Source of the DNA: a virus
Length of the DNA stretch: 64,000 bases
Virus record (IMG/VR): IMGVR_UViG_3300045988_143923
Direction: 5' to 3' (one strand)
Part shown: piece by piece, positions 8,451 to 20,705 of the stretch
Layout of the letters: every line of letters starts with the position of its first letter
Position numbering within the stretch: position 1 is the first letter of the stretch
Translations under genes and position numbers: made by a program
Notes under the pieces: model-generated
Seen by the model: the letters and a program-made list of their open reading frames with translations, nothing else
The model's database searches: none
What the model was told of the DNA's origin: nothing

Positions 8451-9353
8451 TTAGATTTGATCTATCCACTCATTCATACATCGGGCGAGCGTGGTAAAGT
8501 ACCAAGCATACACAGTGTCACCCGAGGCAACTTCGTTAATACCGGTAGAGTGACTGCGGCCAATATTATAGCGAAGTGAATTGAACCGTGTTGCAGTCAG
8601 CCTTTTATCAGATGTTGTCATTTTAGTGTCAGTATATTGGGCATATTTTGTGCTCCAAGTCTGCCCGAGCGCGTTTTCAATCTCAATAACCTTACCACAC
8701 ATATCGTTCCAGACTTTATAGGAGAAGTCTGAAAGTGCCCCTTTATTTATCAGAGCATCATACGCCGCTTTGGTCTGAGCTGCTGAAGCAGTACCGTTTG
8801 AAGAACTCCACGACCATTTAGATATGGCAGGCTTGTCTGTCGTAAATTCATCTGCGTCCAGCCATGAACCGTCAACGCGTACATTGATGGCGTAACGTGT
8901 GTTCGGCGAAAGATTTTTGTATGTTTTCGAGAAAGAAGAGCCACTCGCACTATAGTCTTGATTAACGACAGTCGTACTGGAATCATTGTACGGTCGAATC
9001 AGTACACGAATGCTTTGGCCATACGCGAGATCTTCAACATAAACAGTAACAGAGTTTGTTCCGATATTGCCGGTATAAAAATAAGGATTAAGCTCCGTTT
9101 TTGTTCGGAATTTTGCGCCAGTTTGCCATACGTTATTTACTCGGACGTTGGCGATATAAGCAGTATCAGGTTCGAGACCACCTATATCTGTGCTCATCGT
9201 TGTGCTGGTCGCAGTCGCATAATCAGTTCCCGACACGTCCGACGAATCGTCTTGTCGGCGAACGAAGAAAAACAGGTCGTCGCCCCTTTTTACGCCGCTG
9301 ACACGGACGGTAACGCTGGTAGACTCAATATTTCTTACGGAAACGGTAGCCAT
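8451..9353 (-). CDS. tail/baseplate protein with two fibronectin type III-like domains
   Basis: 300 aa with two FN3-like units (VSVRNIESTSVTVRVSG...LEPDTAYIANVRV and GTNSVTVYVEDL...LSPNTRYAINVRV). Confidence 0.6.
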   Translation of the reverse strand: MATVSVRNIESTSVTVRVSGVKRGDDLFFFVRRQDDSSDVSGTDYATATSTTMSTDIGGLEPDTAYIANVRVNNVWQTGAKFRTKTELNPYFYTGNIGTNSVTVYVEDLAYGQSIRVLIRPYNDSSTTVVNQDYSASGSSFSKTYKNLSPNTRYAINVRVDGSWLDADEFTTDKPAISKWSWSSSNGTASAAQTKAAYDALINKGALSDFSYKVWNDMCGKVIEIENALGQTWSTKYAQYTDTKMTTSDKRLTATRFNSLRYNIGRSHSTGINEVASGDTVYAWYFTTLARCMNEWIDQI

Positions 9354-9365
9354 AGATCAGCCTCC

Positions 9366-12300
9366 TTATCCGAATGTAGCCGTGAGTCCATTGACCGTTG
9401 CGTGGCTAAAATCCCATGTTCCATATAATTGAACTAAGTCTTTGTTATTGATCTGTAAAAATGGATTTTCGGAAAGAGATGAAAATGCAACGGTATCTAC
9501 TGCGTCGAAAATTCGAAAAGTCTTATCTCCATTAGCTCGATAAATAACAAAATCTCCGTATGCTCCACCGTCTAACTGCAATTTAGCTCCGCCTTCAATA
9601 TTATAATAAGCACTACCATAGAATTTGCCAGCTTCAATAGTCGGAGCAGATATCTTCGTACCTGTTATGAAAGTGACCGATGGAGCTTTCGCTTCACCGT
9701 ATTGTCCATGAGCAAGTTTATAAACGTCATCCGCTGCATCTTCAGCAGCAGAGGAGGCATTATTTGCTGTCGTCTGTGCATTCTCGATCTTCTGGTCAAT
9801 CGCATCTGTTCCGGTAACCGCGCCCCAACTGATCTTACCGCTCTTAATAGTTACATTACCAGAGCTATCTACTTGAAACGCTCCGTTGCCAATATCAAGA
9901 CTAACGCCTGTGATAGTGCCACCATCTTGGCCACCTTTTAGCGTGCCGTCCAGAGTAGTAGCTTTCAAAGTGCCGCTAAAAGTACCTCCGGTCGCCTCAA
10001 TTTCGCCAGTAAACTTTCCACTTGTAGCAGTAACTTTGCCGGTAAACTCGCCGTCCTTGGCATAAACGGTGCCGTTGAAAATGCCGTCTTCGGCATAGAT
10101 ATTGCCCCGGAAATAAGCCTTGCCGTCATTGGCGTCGATGTAGAAGTTCGTACCTTTCGGAATCTTCAAGCCCTTCAGTGTGATATCGTCGTCGAACACA
10201 ATCTTTCCGTCCTCGTCGATAAACGAAGGGGTGACTGTCGTGCCGTTCGTTGTATACAGGTCTCCCTTGCCGGATGCAATGCCGTAGCGTGGGTCGATTA
10301 AAATCTTGCCGCCGCCGTCCTTCGCCAAAACAAAGGTAGAGTTATACAGCCAAGCGCCGGTAGCGTCAACCTTGAACTGCATTACACCGTCATCGTTCGG
10401 AGCCTCAATTACCAGACCGTTACCGATAAGCAGCTTGCCGCCGATGATGTCGGCATTTACGCCCCAGTGGTCGCCCAGTTCATCAGTTGCAAAGTGCCCG
10501 ATAGCAACCTTCGCGCTCTGAAATCCGTCGTCCGACATAGCAATCATGCCGTTAATAATGCGAATCTGGTACGGAGAGTCAGGCTCGCCAATATGCAGAC
10601 CAGCACCGTCGATGCGGACACTCTGATTCTTTGCGCCGATAATAGAATTGACCGCCGCGTCCAAAGAACTGTTCATGAACTCGGAAACCTTGGAAGCCTG
10701 ATTCGCCGTCTGATTGTAGGTATACTTCGCCGCGTCAAAACTGCGGCTCGAAGAATAGCTGTTCTCAATCATCTCTTTCAGGTTCGCCACGTTGTCGTGA
10801 CGCTTGAACCTGTTGGAGAAGGTGAGCGACAGCTTTTCCTGATCCTCAAAGTCGAGGTCGAATCCAATCAGAACAGGGGTGATAACCTCATCATTGTGCA
10901 GACGCAGGTAAACGCCTTTGCCGAGCTCCAGTCCCTTTCGGAACGGCTCGAACTCCTGTGCCCAGATGAAGTTGCCGGTTTCAACGCTAAACTCATAGGT
11001 CGGCGAAGCAACGTCGGCGAGCGTCTTGACCGCATGGTCGTAAAGCTCCATCTCGACGGAATACTTCTGATAGTCCGACACATTGGTTGTCATATAAAGG
11101 TCGGCCGTCGTGATATCAAACGACAGAGAAGTGCCCTCGTAGGTAATAACCTCTTTGTCGTTTACCTCGTGAATGTCATTCTTGAGGTTGGACAGCGTAC
11201 CGGTCAGCGTAATCAGACCGCTTGGTGCGTTTTTTTCACCGATTTTCATTTCGCCGCAGTATAAACTGAACACAAATTCGTCACCGGCCTTGTGTTCCAG
11301 AGTACCACGGATAATTGAAATGGACATTTTGTTCGCCGCTGTTACCACGGCAGTGCCACCAGCGATGGTGTACATCTTCTTCTTGATCTCGCCGAAGTCA
11401 ACCTGCGCGAGGGTTGAATCAGAAATAGCAATCGCGCCATTCGTCACCTTGGAGCTCTCACCGGTCACAGCGGTATCAACATCGGAAGCGACAAAGGTAT
11501 CATCCGAAAGCGGTTGCTCGATAAAGTAGTGCCGTAACAGTGCGTACTCGTCTGCGGTAAAGAAAGCCGTCAGCTTCAGCTCGTCATTCACGGCTTTGAT
11601 TTGCGCCGGATAGGAGTCGGGGTTGGAAGCGTCGAGCGTGGTCTTGATATCTGCTACCACAGCTTCTTGGTCGGCAACCTCTTTCTTTTTCTTCTCCATG
11701 TTGGCGTTGATCTCGTCGAGCTTTTTCTGCTGCGAAGCCTTACCGTCCGCGGTCGTTTCCAGAGCCAGAGCCTGAATGGTTACAGACTGCTGATTCGTCA
11801 GGTCGTCCAGTTCGGCTTTTCGGTCAACCAGTTTGGCTTGTTCGGAGAGCAGCCGCGCTGTTGCAGAAGCTCGCAGTCCGACCAATCCCTTGTAGTATTC
11901 CTGACGGTTCAGCACGCTTTTCTGCCACTCTGTCCATTTTTCGGCCAGGGCAGAAGGAATATCGCCGTTCTCAATGAAGTACGAGATGTCGTAAATCCAG
12001 TTCGTGCCGGTCGGGTTTACTTGTCGTATGTCAAGGTCGTCCGCACCGCTTGGTGTCATAGCAGTTACTAACTCATCAGTCAGTTCTGTGATATCAAGGT
12101 CGGTCACGAGGTTGTCGAACCCGAGGTAAATCGGCAGGGTAGACACATCATCGTCCGCATCATAGGCGTTGATCGTCTTATTATACACGTCGAATACAAC
12201 CACGCAGCGAAACGTATCCATTGCGTCATCATACAGAAAACTCAGCGCGTAGTCGTCATACTGGTCGAACGTGCGGTAACGTCCAATCAAAGACGGCGCA

Positions 12301-12755
12301 ACATATCCTGCCTTCCAACCGGGGGATACTTCCAGAATTCGCCCCAGAATAGTATCATCCGGCGTTGCGGGATTCCAGAAGTTAAATGTGCCCTCCTCGA
12401 GGAAGAACTGCTTGTTCTCCAGCTTCTTCTCCAGAGAGTAGCCGGTCACCGACTTAATCTCTTCGATACCGTCACCGGAGATTTCCGGCTTCATCAGCAG
12501 AAAGATGCCGTAGTGCTCGGTGCGAATCACCTTGTATCCGACTACTTTATCATAGAGCGGCGTCGGCACGCCGTCAGAATAGGCGGGCAGGTCAAAAGAG
12601 ATTTCGCTTGTCTCGGAAAAGTTAACTGTGATTTTCAGATTCGCCACGTTGGGAAGCGTGCCAATCGTGCGCTCGTCAGCCGTTTGGAGCAGCAGGGTAG
12701 GCGGCTCCGGCCGACCAAATTTGTCAAAGGCGATTTGCGTATAATCGAGATACAT
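9366..12755 (-). CDS. tail-associated lysin / minor structural protein (Tal, prophage tail endopeptidase family)
   Basis: About 1129 aa. The N-terminus YLDYTQIAFDKFGRPEPPTLLLQT...NLKITVNFSETSEISFDLPAY is typical of siphovirus Tal. It lies directly after Dit. Start refined to the ATG 9 nt after the AAAGGAGG RBS. Confidence 0.8.
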   Translation of the reverse strand: MYLDYTQIAFDKFGRPEPPTLLLQTADERTIGTLPNVANLKITVNFSETSEISFDLPAYSDGVPTPLYDKVVGYKVIRTEHYGIFLLMKPEISGDGIEEIKSVTGYSLEKKLENKQFFLEEGTFNFWNPATPDDTILGRILEVSPGWKAGYVAPSLIGRYRTFDQYDDYALSFLYDDAMDTFRCVVVFDVYNKTINAYDADDDVSTLPIYLGFDNLVTDLDITELTDELVTAMTPSGADDLDIRQVNPTGTNWIYDISYFIENGDIPSALAEKWTEWQKSVLNRQEYYKGLVGLRASATARLLSEQAKLVDRKAELDDLTNQQSVTIQALALETTADGKASQQKKLDEINANMEKKKKEVADQEAVVADIKTTLDASNPDSYPAQIKAVNDELKLTAFFTADEYALLRHYFIEQPLSDDTFVASDVDTAVTGESSKVTNGAIAISDSTLAQVDFGEIKKKMYTIAGGTAVVTAANKMSISIIRGTLEHKAGDEFVFSLYCGEMKIGEKNAPSGLITLTGTLSNLKNDIHEVNDKEVITYEGTSLSFDITTADLYMTTNVSDYQKYSVEMELYDHAVKTLADVASPTYEFSVETGNFIWAQEFEPFRKGLELGKGVYLRLHNDEVITPVLIGFDLDFEDQEKLSLTFSNRFKRHDNVANLKEMIENSYSSSRSFDAAKYTYNQTANQASKVSEFMNSSLDAAVNSIIGAKNQSVRIDGAGLHIGEPDSPYQIRIINGMIAMSDDGFQSAKVAIGHFATDELGDHWGVNADIIGGKLLIGNGLVIEAPNDDGVMQFKVDATGAWLYNSTFVLAKDGGGKILIDPRYGIASGKGDLYTTNGTTVTPSFIDEDGKIVFDDDITLKGLKIPKGTNFYIDANDGKAYFRGNIYAEDGIFNGTVYAKDGEFTGKVTATSGKFTGEIEATGGTFSGTLKATTLDGTLKGGQDGGTITGVSLDIGNGAFQVDSSGNVTIKSGKISWGAVTGTDAIDQKIENAQTTANNASSAAEDAADDVYKLAHGQYGEAKAPSVTFITGTKISAPTIEAGKFYGSAYYNIEGGAKLQLDGGAYGDFVIYRANGDKTFRIFDAVDTVAFSSLSENPFLQINNKDLVQLYGTWDFSHATVNGLTATFG

Positions 12756-12770
12756 ACACACAGACCTCCT

Positions 12771-13559
12771 TTATGCGCCCACGTTGTACAGCATTCTGCC
12801 GCTGATTGTGAGCTTGCCGCTGCCAGTGATTTTCAGGTGATTATCACCGCGAACCAGCCGGAAAAAATTCATATTGAACTTGTCATACAGGTTTGTATCG
12901 TGGGATTCGGTGATGATACCGGCGTTGTTATCCACTGTAATGATAGAGTCAGCCGCGGGTACGCCCGTCAGCTTAAACTCGCGCCCATTGTCATCAGCGT
13001 TCACGATAGAGAAATCAGCCGCCGTCGGTTCAATGGTCAGCACGGGTTTGATGTACTCCCGAACCGAGCTGTTGTTCCGAAAGACGATTTCAGTTTCGCC
13101 GGCCACTTCGTATGTCTCTGTGAAAGGGAAGCCGTAAGCGTAAGGGCAGTCGCAGGTGACTGTAGCCTCAAATGCGAATGGCAGCCAGCCAACAGAGATT
13201 GGCTCGAGGTTTGTAATCAGGCAGCGGTACTGATAGTCTTCCATGTCAGGCTGACAGATGGAGAGCCATTGGTATTCCTGATAACCGGTCAGCCAGAGTT
13301 GAATCTCTTGAAAGTCGTAACGGTCAAGTGGCGTTTCCGAACCAAAGACAAGGTTGAACTCCAGAGGCTTCTCGTGGTAGTTTACGCCTTGATGAATTGG
13401 TTGAACGCGGCCGGTCGTTCTCGTTTCGATGATACTGGCTTCGTTACCGAACGCCGTGTCTTCGTTGCTTTTGCTGTCCAGATCACAGATAAAAAGGTTA
13501 TATGCCAGAGACGACTCTCCGGCGAACGTGAATTCGTAGGTGTTAAACAGGTTAAGCAC
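12771..13559 (-). CDS. distal tail protein (Dit)
   Basis: 262-aa ORF between the tape measure gene and Tal, which is the canonical siphovirus order. Confidence 0.7.
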   Translation of the reverse strand: MLNLFNTYEFTFAGESSLAYNLFICDLDSKSNEDTAFGNEASIIETRTTGRVQPIHQGVNYHEKPLEFNLVFGSETPLDRYDFQEIQLWLTGYQEYQWLSICQPDMEDYQYRCLITNLEPISVGWLPFAFEATVTCDCPYAYGFPFTETYEVAGETEIVFRNNSSVREYIKPVLTIEPTAADFSIVNADDNGREFKLTGVPAADSIITVDNNAGIITESHDTNLYDKFNMNFFRLVRGDNHLKITGSGKLTISGRMLYNVGA

Positions 13560-13602
13560 CTCCTATAGAAAGGCGCGGCATGTTTCCATACCGCGCTGGC
13601 CA

Positions 13603-16600
13603 TTATTTTTTGATTTTGAGAACTTCGATAATGTCGTTGACCATGCGGCGAGATACAGCTTCATGCTGCTTAACCGTGTCTCCGTCCGCACCCTTGATGA
13701 TGGTGTCACCGAAGGTAACGTTCGTGACGTTTTCACGCGGGATCGTGACAACTTCACGGTTCACGCCGGAAACAGGCATCTGAGCGGCCTTGGACAGGTC
13801 AGGCAGGGCAGAAGCGGACAAACCGCTGGTAATGGCGGACATTACCTTGAGAATGGAGTCGAGCGACTGCTGTTTGGGCTTGTCGAGCACGATTTCGCCC
13901 TTTTGCAGAATCGCCATCATCTCGTCTTGACGCAGGGTAGAGGCATCGCCGACAACGCCGCCGGTGTGGTATATACCGAGGTACTTATCATAGATGTTAT
14001 TGCCATACTTGTCATACCAAACACCAGTGTGACCATCATAGTGAACACCGAGATCGTACTGGCTGTTGAGTTGACCAGCATAGTCGGCATTCTTTTGGTT
14101 GAGCGCTTTCTTCTGCTCCACCGTCATGTTGGCAGACCAAGTATCACTGTTCTTCTTCATCTTCGCCACGATTCGAGCGATCCCAGCCGCATCTGCATCC
14201 CCAGTGCCGTATTTATTCGAATCGCCAATGATATTGGAGTTGGAACCGTTGGAAGAAGAATTGGAACCGTTTTCACCAAGACGATCATAGACTTCGAGGT
14301 AAGTAGCATTGTACTTCTCCATAGCCTTTTGGGCGTCTTGCCATGCTTGCGTAACCTTGGCATTGATGTCCGAACCCGCACGAGTGTTATATTCAATTAA
14401 ATCATCGTAAAGTGTTGCCCAACCATCTTGTATTCTCTTTCGAGCCATTTGGTAGAGTTTTTCCTCCGATGAAATTGAATCCTGCAGTTTCTTAATCTCG
14501 GCGTCCTTTTCCTTCTCGTAAGCCTCCTGCATCTTATCAAGATTATCGGTCTGACGGTCATAGGCTTCATTTGCCTGCGTCTCGCCAAGTTCTTTTTGGA
14601 GATCGGCGAGTTGTTCTTCAAGGTCTTTACGCTTTGCGATTGACTCGCGGCTGTCATCCAGAGACAGAGCGTTAATCTTCTCTTGGAGCTTTGCCATTTC
14701 CTTGACCTTGTCGGCTACCTCGTCCTGATAGTCGGCTTCGTCCTTGCTCAGTTGCAGGCTTTCCTTCTTCTTATCGATGATCTCGCTATACTTATCCTTC
14801 AGCTCTTCCAGAGCGTCGACCTGCTGGTCGATTTCGTCTCGAATCATATCCTCGACGTACTTGAACAGAGCGTCAACGCTATCCTTGGTGTCGTCGAAGT
14901 CGATTCCGACGCCGGCTTTTACGTTAGCCAGAACGCTGCGGTACGCATCTACATTCTTAACAGCCTGCGCATAGCCTTCCTCGGTGAGGTCAAGCATAGC
15001 GAGCTGTGCGTAAACGGAACCCCACTGAACCTCGGTCAGGTCGGCCGTTGCGTTCAGCAGATTATTCAGAGAAACAACGTCGTTCTCCTGCAGAGCCATA
15101 CGCAGACGCTCCACATAAGCGGAGGCGCTTTCCAAAGCCATCTGCTCAGTCTTAGCTTTGATAACGCGGTTGATGGCTTCCTCGTTGATGGTCAGAAGAC
15201 CATTCTCGTCTTTGAGGTATCCCATGTATTCGACGCCAAGTTTGGAGATTTCTTGGAAGGTATCGACGGAGATAAAACCACCATTTGTCGAGTATTCCTC
15301 GGCAGCCTTCTTGAACGTGTCGAGAACGTCCTGAATCGTATCAACAGAGTCGCTTGCCGCATCAACAATATCAGAGAGATAGTCGATAACTTTCTGCTTA
15401 ACATCCTTAACAGCGTCTTCGTATTCCCACCACTGATCTGAGAGGTCGGCCACTTCGTCGCTAAGGTCGGAATATCCCATGCCACGGTAATACTGCGCTT
15501 CCTTGTGCAGGTTCTTCTGAGCTTCGCGATAATGGTCAATGATGCCGTTGAGCGTAGACTCAATTGCGTCGCCATCGATAGACGAGAAGATAGTATCAAC
15601 AGTCTTGGTTTCGAAACTGTCTGCAATGCCGCTGAAGATGCCGGCCAGAGGATTGCCCTTCTTGGCGACACCGTTCAGAATATTCTGCGACAGCTTTGCC
15701 GAATTGAAAATCTTACGCTGAGCACGAGTGAAAGAGCGTTCGAGCTTATCAGTATCGAGCAGACGGTCAAGGCTTCGCTCGGCCAGTTTGATAGCATTTT
15801 CATGTTCCGACGTGATCTTGTCGTACATGTCCTTCATCGTGTCGATGATGCTGTCATGTGCCTCCCAGTATTTCTTCTGCATAGACATAATGTATTCAGA
15901 AGAATCTTTCTGCCCTTGAGCACGGTAACGCTCGGCGGCTTTATGGGTTTCATCCTGAATCTGCTTATAATAAGCGACAATCTTCATCGGGTCGCCACGC
16001 TGCTTTTCGACGAGGTATATCTTGTGCTCAATCTGGTCGATGATATCTTCGACTTCTTCTTTGATTTTGTCGAGAGCTTCCTTTGCAGAATCTGAAAGCT
16101 GAGAGGTATCAGCAGAGACTTTGACGGTGGCGTTACTGGATTTGCCAGATGAACTGGAAGGCACCCAGTTCCGGTAATGACCATTGGTGGCAAAGCTAAG
16201 ATTGCTCAATGCACCGTTAGCGTTCGCGCCGCCCCACACACCGCCAGATGCTTGATGGGGAATACCGCCGTGCATCAGACCAGCAGTCAGATTAGCAGGA
16301 ACAATCGCGTCACCGGGTTTAGTGTTGATGACTTCCATTCCATGCAAGCCAACAAATTTACTATGCTTGCCGTCCCGAGAAATCCACTGCTCAGGGCCAA
16401 GTTCGCCGACAAGTGTTTTGCCGCCTACAGCGTTGCCGCCAGATGCGTACTGAGTCATTTTGCCAACGTGTCCGGTGAAGTCTTGCTTTTTATTCCCCTC
16501 ACGGCGACTATGAATGTCAGCCTTGGTCTGAGCTTCGGTTCTGGTTGTCTGGACTGTGTTTACGCGAATGGTCACACTCTTATCGTGAATACCACTCATT

Positions 16601-19600
16601 AACCCAACTGTGTATAGAATCTTACTGTTGGCTTCCGAAGTATTTACATTGACATGGCGTTCTTTTTCGATAGGTTTAAGTGCTTCATCTATCGCATTGA
16701 CTTTCCCGGCAGCTTCCACAGTATTCCCTTCAATAGTAAGCTGTACTGGATTTCCCGCCTCATCTTGGATTTGCGCCATCGTACTCAATACAATTTGCGC
16801 CTGTTCTTGCGTAACACCAAGACTGCTTGCGAAAGCATCCAAGTTGCTCACATTGATAGACCAACCACCATCATCAAGACGTTCAACACTAGCAGCAGCT
16901 TCGCCCGAAGCGGTTTTCACGCTTTCAAGAGATGCTTTCAGGCCATCAAAAGTCGGAGTCTCTCCGCCAATGCTTGCCTTGAATTTATTCATGGCACTTA
17001 CAAGCGTGTCGAGCTCATCTACAGATATTTCTTTAACATCAATATCCGTTCCTTCAGTAAGAGACTCGAGTGCGATTTTCGCACTTTCACTCATGTGCTC
17101 CCATGCTTTTGTGGACGACCGATCAGCCGCAGAAACAGATTGTTTGATACGATAGGTGTCATCGTTCAGCGTCTGGATACTTGATGTAACCGAACTAACT
17201 GTTTTCGGAACATAATCCGAATATGTGGAGATTAAATCAAGTGATTGTTGCAGAGAAGCTGCCGAAATTCCAAAAGCGTCGGCCAGAGCGACAACATCAT
17301 GTTGTGCGACTTGGATAGAACCAGTATCCCAATCCACATCCATGAGTCCATCGACAATCTTTTTCTTGTCAGCACTGAGCTCGTTATACTTCTTATGAAG
17401 TGTATTAAACGTTCCGGTTAGGTCTTGACCGACATTATCCTCGTCTGTACCTGTTAAGAAGAGGCCCTCATTGTCCTTAACCCACTGCTTCGCTTCTTGC
17501 AGGCTAACAACCTTGCCGATGAGAAGCTCCATTTGATTGCGAGCTTCCTCTGTGTTAATTTGCCCTTTATTTACTGATTCTGCAAAATCATCGTAGATTG
17601 AAACCATACTCTCGTGATCTTGTACATGGTCGGTAATCCCTTCCATAGAGGTTTCATAATTTGCAAGAGCATCAGAAACCGTATTAAGAGAGTCAGTTTG
17701 TTTGCTCAGGGAATTTGAAATCGCATCCAGAGCTTCAGGCAAAGCGCCAACTTGAGCAAGAGCGGCCAACCGAGCGGCAAATTCCGAAGCATGATCGCCA
17801 GTATCAACCAGAGCGGAATTGAGAGCGGAAAGTTGATTCTTTGACAATTTTTCGAGATTGAAGTCCTTGAGAAGCTCGTCTACGGAAGAACCTTCAATAT
17901 CTGAGCCGCTTAGAGCCTCTTCGAAATTACTCCGGATGGTCTCTCGCATTTGATACATGTCTGACTGGAATTGTTTTAATCCGAAAGCCTCAGACAAATC
18001 AATTGCGTTCATTTCTTCAGGAGTTAATCGTTTCGATAATTCTGCGCGAACAGCCTCCATCACTGTTGACATTTTTGCAACATATTTATCGTAAGGCATC
18101 GAGTCCTGTTCTTCTTGAATCTTATAATAATCAGAAATAGCCTTTTTCCCTGCTTCGGTGTTTTTAACAACTTGAAGCATCGCATTCGCATATCTTAACG
18201 GCGCGTCGGGATTATTTGCGTCATAAAGCGCGTCAGAACTAATGCTGTCAGCGTATTGTGATAAAAATGTTTTCTGCTGGTCATCTAATTCGTAATAGAG
18301 TTTATTCGCCTCAAGAGACGCTTGCATCATCTGCTTGACCTCGGAGCTACTTGCATCTACACTCTCAGAAGCAGAATGCCAAGCATTAGCTAAACTTTCG
18401 CCATCTGCCGATAAATCGCCTGTCATTCCACGCATTTGATTCAATTGACCGAGAATATTATCAAAATTCTTTCCAAGAGCTTCGGAATTATCGCGAATAT
18501 AATCAAGCCAAGTAACACTTTTAGAGCCGTTGGTTTCTTTGTTGATTTTATCAGCGTACTCATCGTAAGTCATACCAATAGTGTCGGAAATTAACTTATT
18601 GAAATTCTTAATATCTCGGCCGCCGTTTTTAGACAAAGCAGTTTGAACCCGAGATAAATAATTAAAGATGTCATTATCGACACTTTTTACGCCTTCCTGT
18701 GCTGTTTTATATTGTTCTTGGAAGTCTTTATAGGCAGCTTCATAATTCTTCTTATGACCGTCATTCTCTGATGATCCACCATATACGGCATCTCGCGCTT
18801 CCTGTCTCTGCTGCTTCTCGAGTAATGCGATTGTTTCCTCGATAGCAGAATTTTTATCCAAGATAGCTTGTTGCTCATCGTTATAACCCTCCACTAATGA
18901 TGGATTGATCCCAACAAGTTGGGAAACAATATCTTGGTATTCTTGATATTCATCGGCAGCCAGAGAAATATTTTTGCCGTTGTCTGTTACGCCCTTGGAC
19001 AATTCTGCGAATCGATCTTTGAGATTTTCGACTGACGTAATATTGCCCTCGATAGATGATTTGGCGCTGTCGTAGTTGCTCAATGCATTTTGGGTTATTT
19101 CGGCTGCTTCTTGTGCGGACATCACTGTTTTATCAATAGCACTCATAAGACCGGTTAGTATAGTCTGAACAGCCATAAATGCTACCATCGACACGGCCAT
19201 ACTTGCAATAGCAGACCCGATCCCCTTAAAAGTCGATGCAATCTTGGCTCCGAGTGTTCCTACCTTTTCTTGCTTTGCAGTGAAGTTATCGATTTGTCCG
19301 TTAACAACATCACACTCATTCCCGACGGTGTCAAGGGATTTAGCAAACTCACGACTTTGAATACTTGCGCCAGAAAGAGCTTTTTCAAAATCAGCACCTC
19401 TAAGTTTTTGCTTCATCTGAGCGTAGTTTTTCAGAATTTCATTTTGTTCCTGCCAATAGTCGTGGTTTTTGGTGTTATAATTTTTCAGCCAACTGAATAA
19501 ACCACTTCCGCCAAAGATGTTTTCTCCATATTCTCCCTTTCCTCCGATAATGCTTTTCCCGTTCATTGACAGAAGCAGGGAACCTACAGGAGCGATAAGC

Positions 19601-19865
19601 CCCGGAAGAACGCCAAGTTTATCAATCAGAGTGTTGAAGAACCCGAGAATGCCAGAACCGGCGCCGATAGTTCCTTTCACAAGACCAGAATCAAGAATAG
19701 AAGTGCTCAAAGACTGGAATGTGGCTTGGAACTGTTGCATTTTACCCTCGATAGAATCAAGATGTTTTGCGTTCTCGGCATCGGCTGAGCCAGTTGCGTT
19801 TTTAGTCGACTCGATGACGTCCTCAACGGTCGACCAGTTCTGGATGAGCGCTGAAGTTGTATTCG
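13603..19865 (-). CDS. tape measure protein, exon 7
   Basis: The ORF 13603..19869 begins mid-domain (ANTTSALIQNW...HLDSIEGK). It is long and helical and has the C-terminal YHTGGVVG motif. The acceptor was placed after G19866. Confidence 0.8.
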
Positions 19866-20274
19866 CCATTCTCTTCGTTTTGTTTACAAGGGTTGCAAAG
19901 CCTTATGTTGTATCTACAACCTCATGCTTTCGCATGAGACCCGACTATTTCTTCACCCTTAAAACTAAGGGGCATACCTTTTCCATTTAAGGGATTTTCA
20001 CCCACGCCTTTGCTTGCGCCGTACTCCTGTTGCTCATAAAGAGCCGAGGGATAGTCTGTGAACCTTCTCCGTGTCATGAGACCGATAGGAGCTTGGCTGC
20101 ATGATCACCCATTGTTACTGCACTTAGGCTTTTGACCGTATGCAATCCGCACGTTGTTTCTGCTTTCGCACCGTCATAAACTGCTTTCGCGCTCATTGTG
20201 GTGTGCGGCTTTAGGGGGTACCTGCAATTAAATATGTTGTTATTGCACATTGCTGTACAACCGGGCAAGTGAAT
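19866..20274 (-). ncRNA. group I-type intron 6 (family A)
   Basis: mRNA-sense core CACAGACUA ... GAAGAAAUAGUCGGGUC (19938-19958). P1 is CGGGU|A...UGCCCG with a U.G pair. P9-like hairpin CUCAUGC-GAAA-GCAUGAG. Ends in G. Boundaries are within about 10 nt. Confidence 0.7.
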
Positions 20275-20309
20275 ACCCGAAATCTTTTCGAGCAAAGCTC
20301 AGTATATTC
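20275..20309 (-). CDS. tape measure protein, micro-exon 6 (NILSFARKDFG)
   Basis: A 35-nt segment that keeps the frame between exons 5 and 7 when homologous splice positions are used in introns 5 and 6. An alternative register is possible. Confidence 0.45.
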
Positions 20310-20705
20310 CACGGGGGCACAACTCCCGTGAGCTGTCTAAAACAGCATCTCTGCGTTTCCACAGAAGTTTAGATCATTTCTTAATCGTGCCTTTCGGCGA
20401 CGACCACACCGTTTCCATTTAAGGGGTTCTCACCCACGCCTTTGTTTGCGCCGTACTTCTGTTGCTGCTTACGCAGCCCTACATGGGAATGATCGTTTGA
20501 CACACCTCTATTCGAGGCTTCGCGACCAAGCTACCATTGTCACTGCACTTAGGCTTTTGACCGTATGCAATCCTTACCGTTGTTTTACTTTCGTTCCCGT
20601 CATGCCAGCTTATTTCATCCGCATTGTGGTGGTAAGGCTTTAGGTTTTACTGGTTTTAGATGTGTTATTTACGCACATTTCTGTACGCACAGGCAATATT
20701 GGTCT
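20310..20705 (-). ncRNA. group I-type intron 5 (family A, paralogue of intron 6)
   Basis: Clearly alignable with intron 6 over most of its length. Core CGAUCA ... UAAGAAAUGAUCUAAAC (20367-20386). The P1 helix is CAGGC|A...UGCCUG, with C-G where U.G is expected. Confidence 0.65.

Noticed and set aside
12513-13568. 351-aa plus-strand ORF, plus similar long antisense ORFs at 13540..14400, 30973..32103, 34650..35633, 36969..38087, 43793..44392 and 44447..45232
   Set aside because: All of them overlap minus-strand genes that have clear phage motifs (Dit, TMP, major tail, capsid module, scaffold, phosphoesterase). Their translations are low-complexity and Arg/Leu-rich. They are antisense artefacts of long ORFs in moderately GC-rich DNA.
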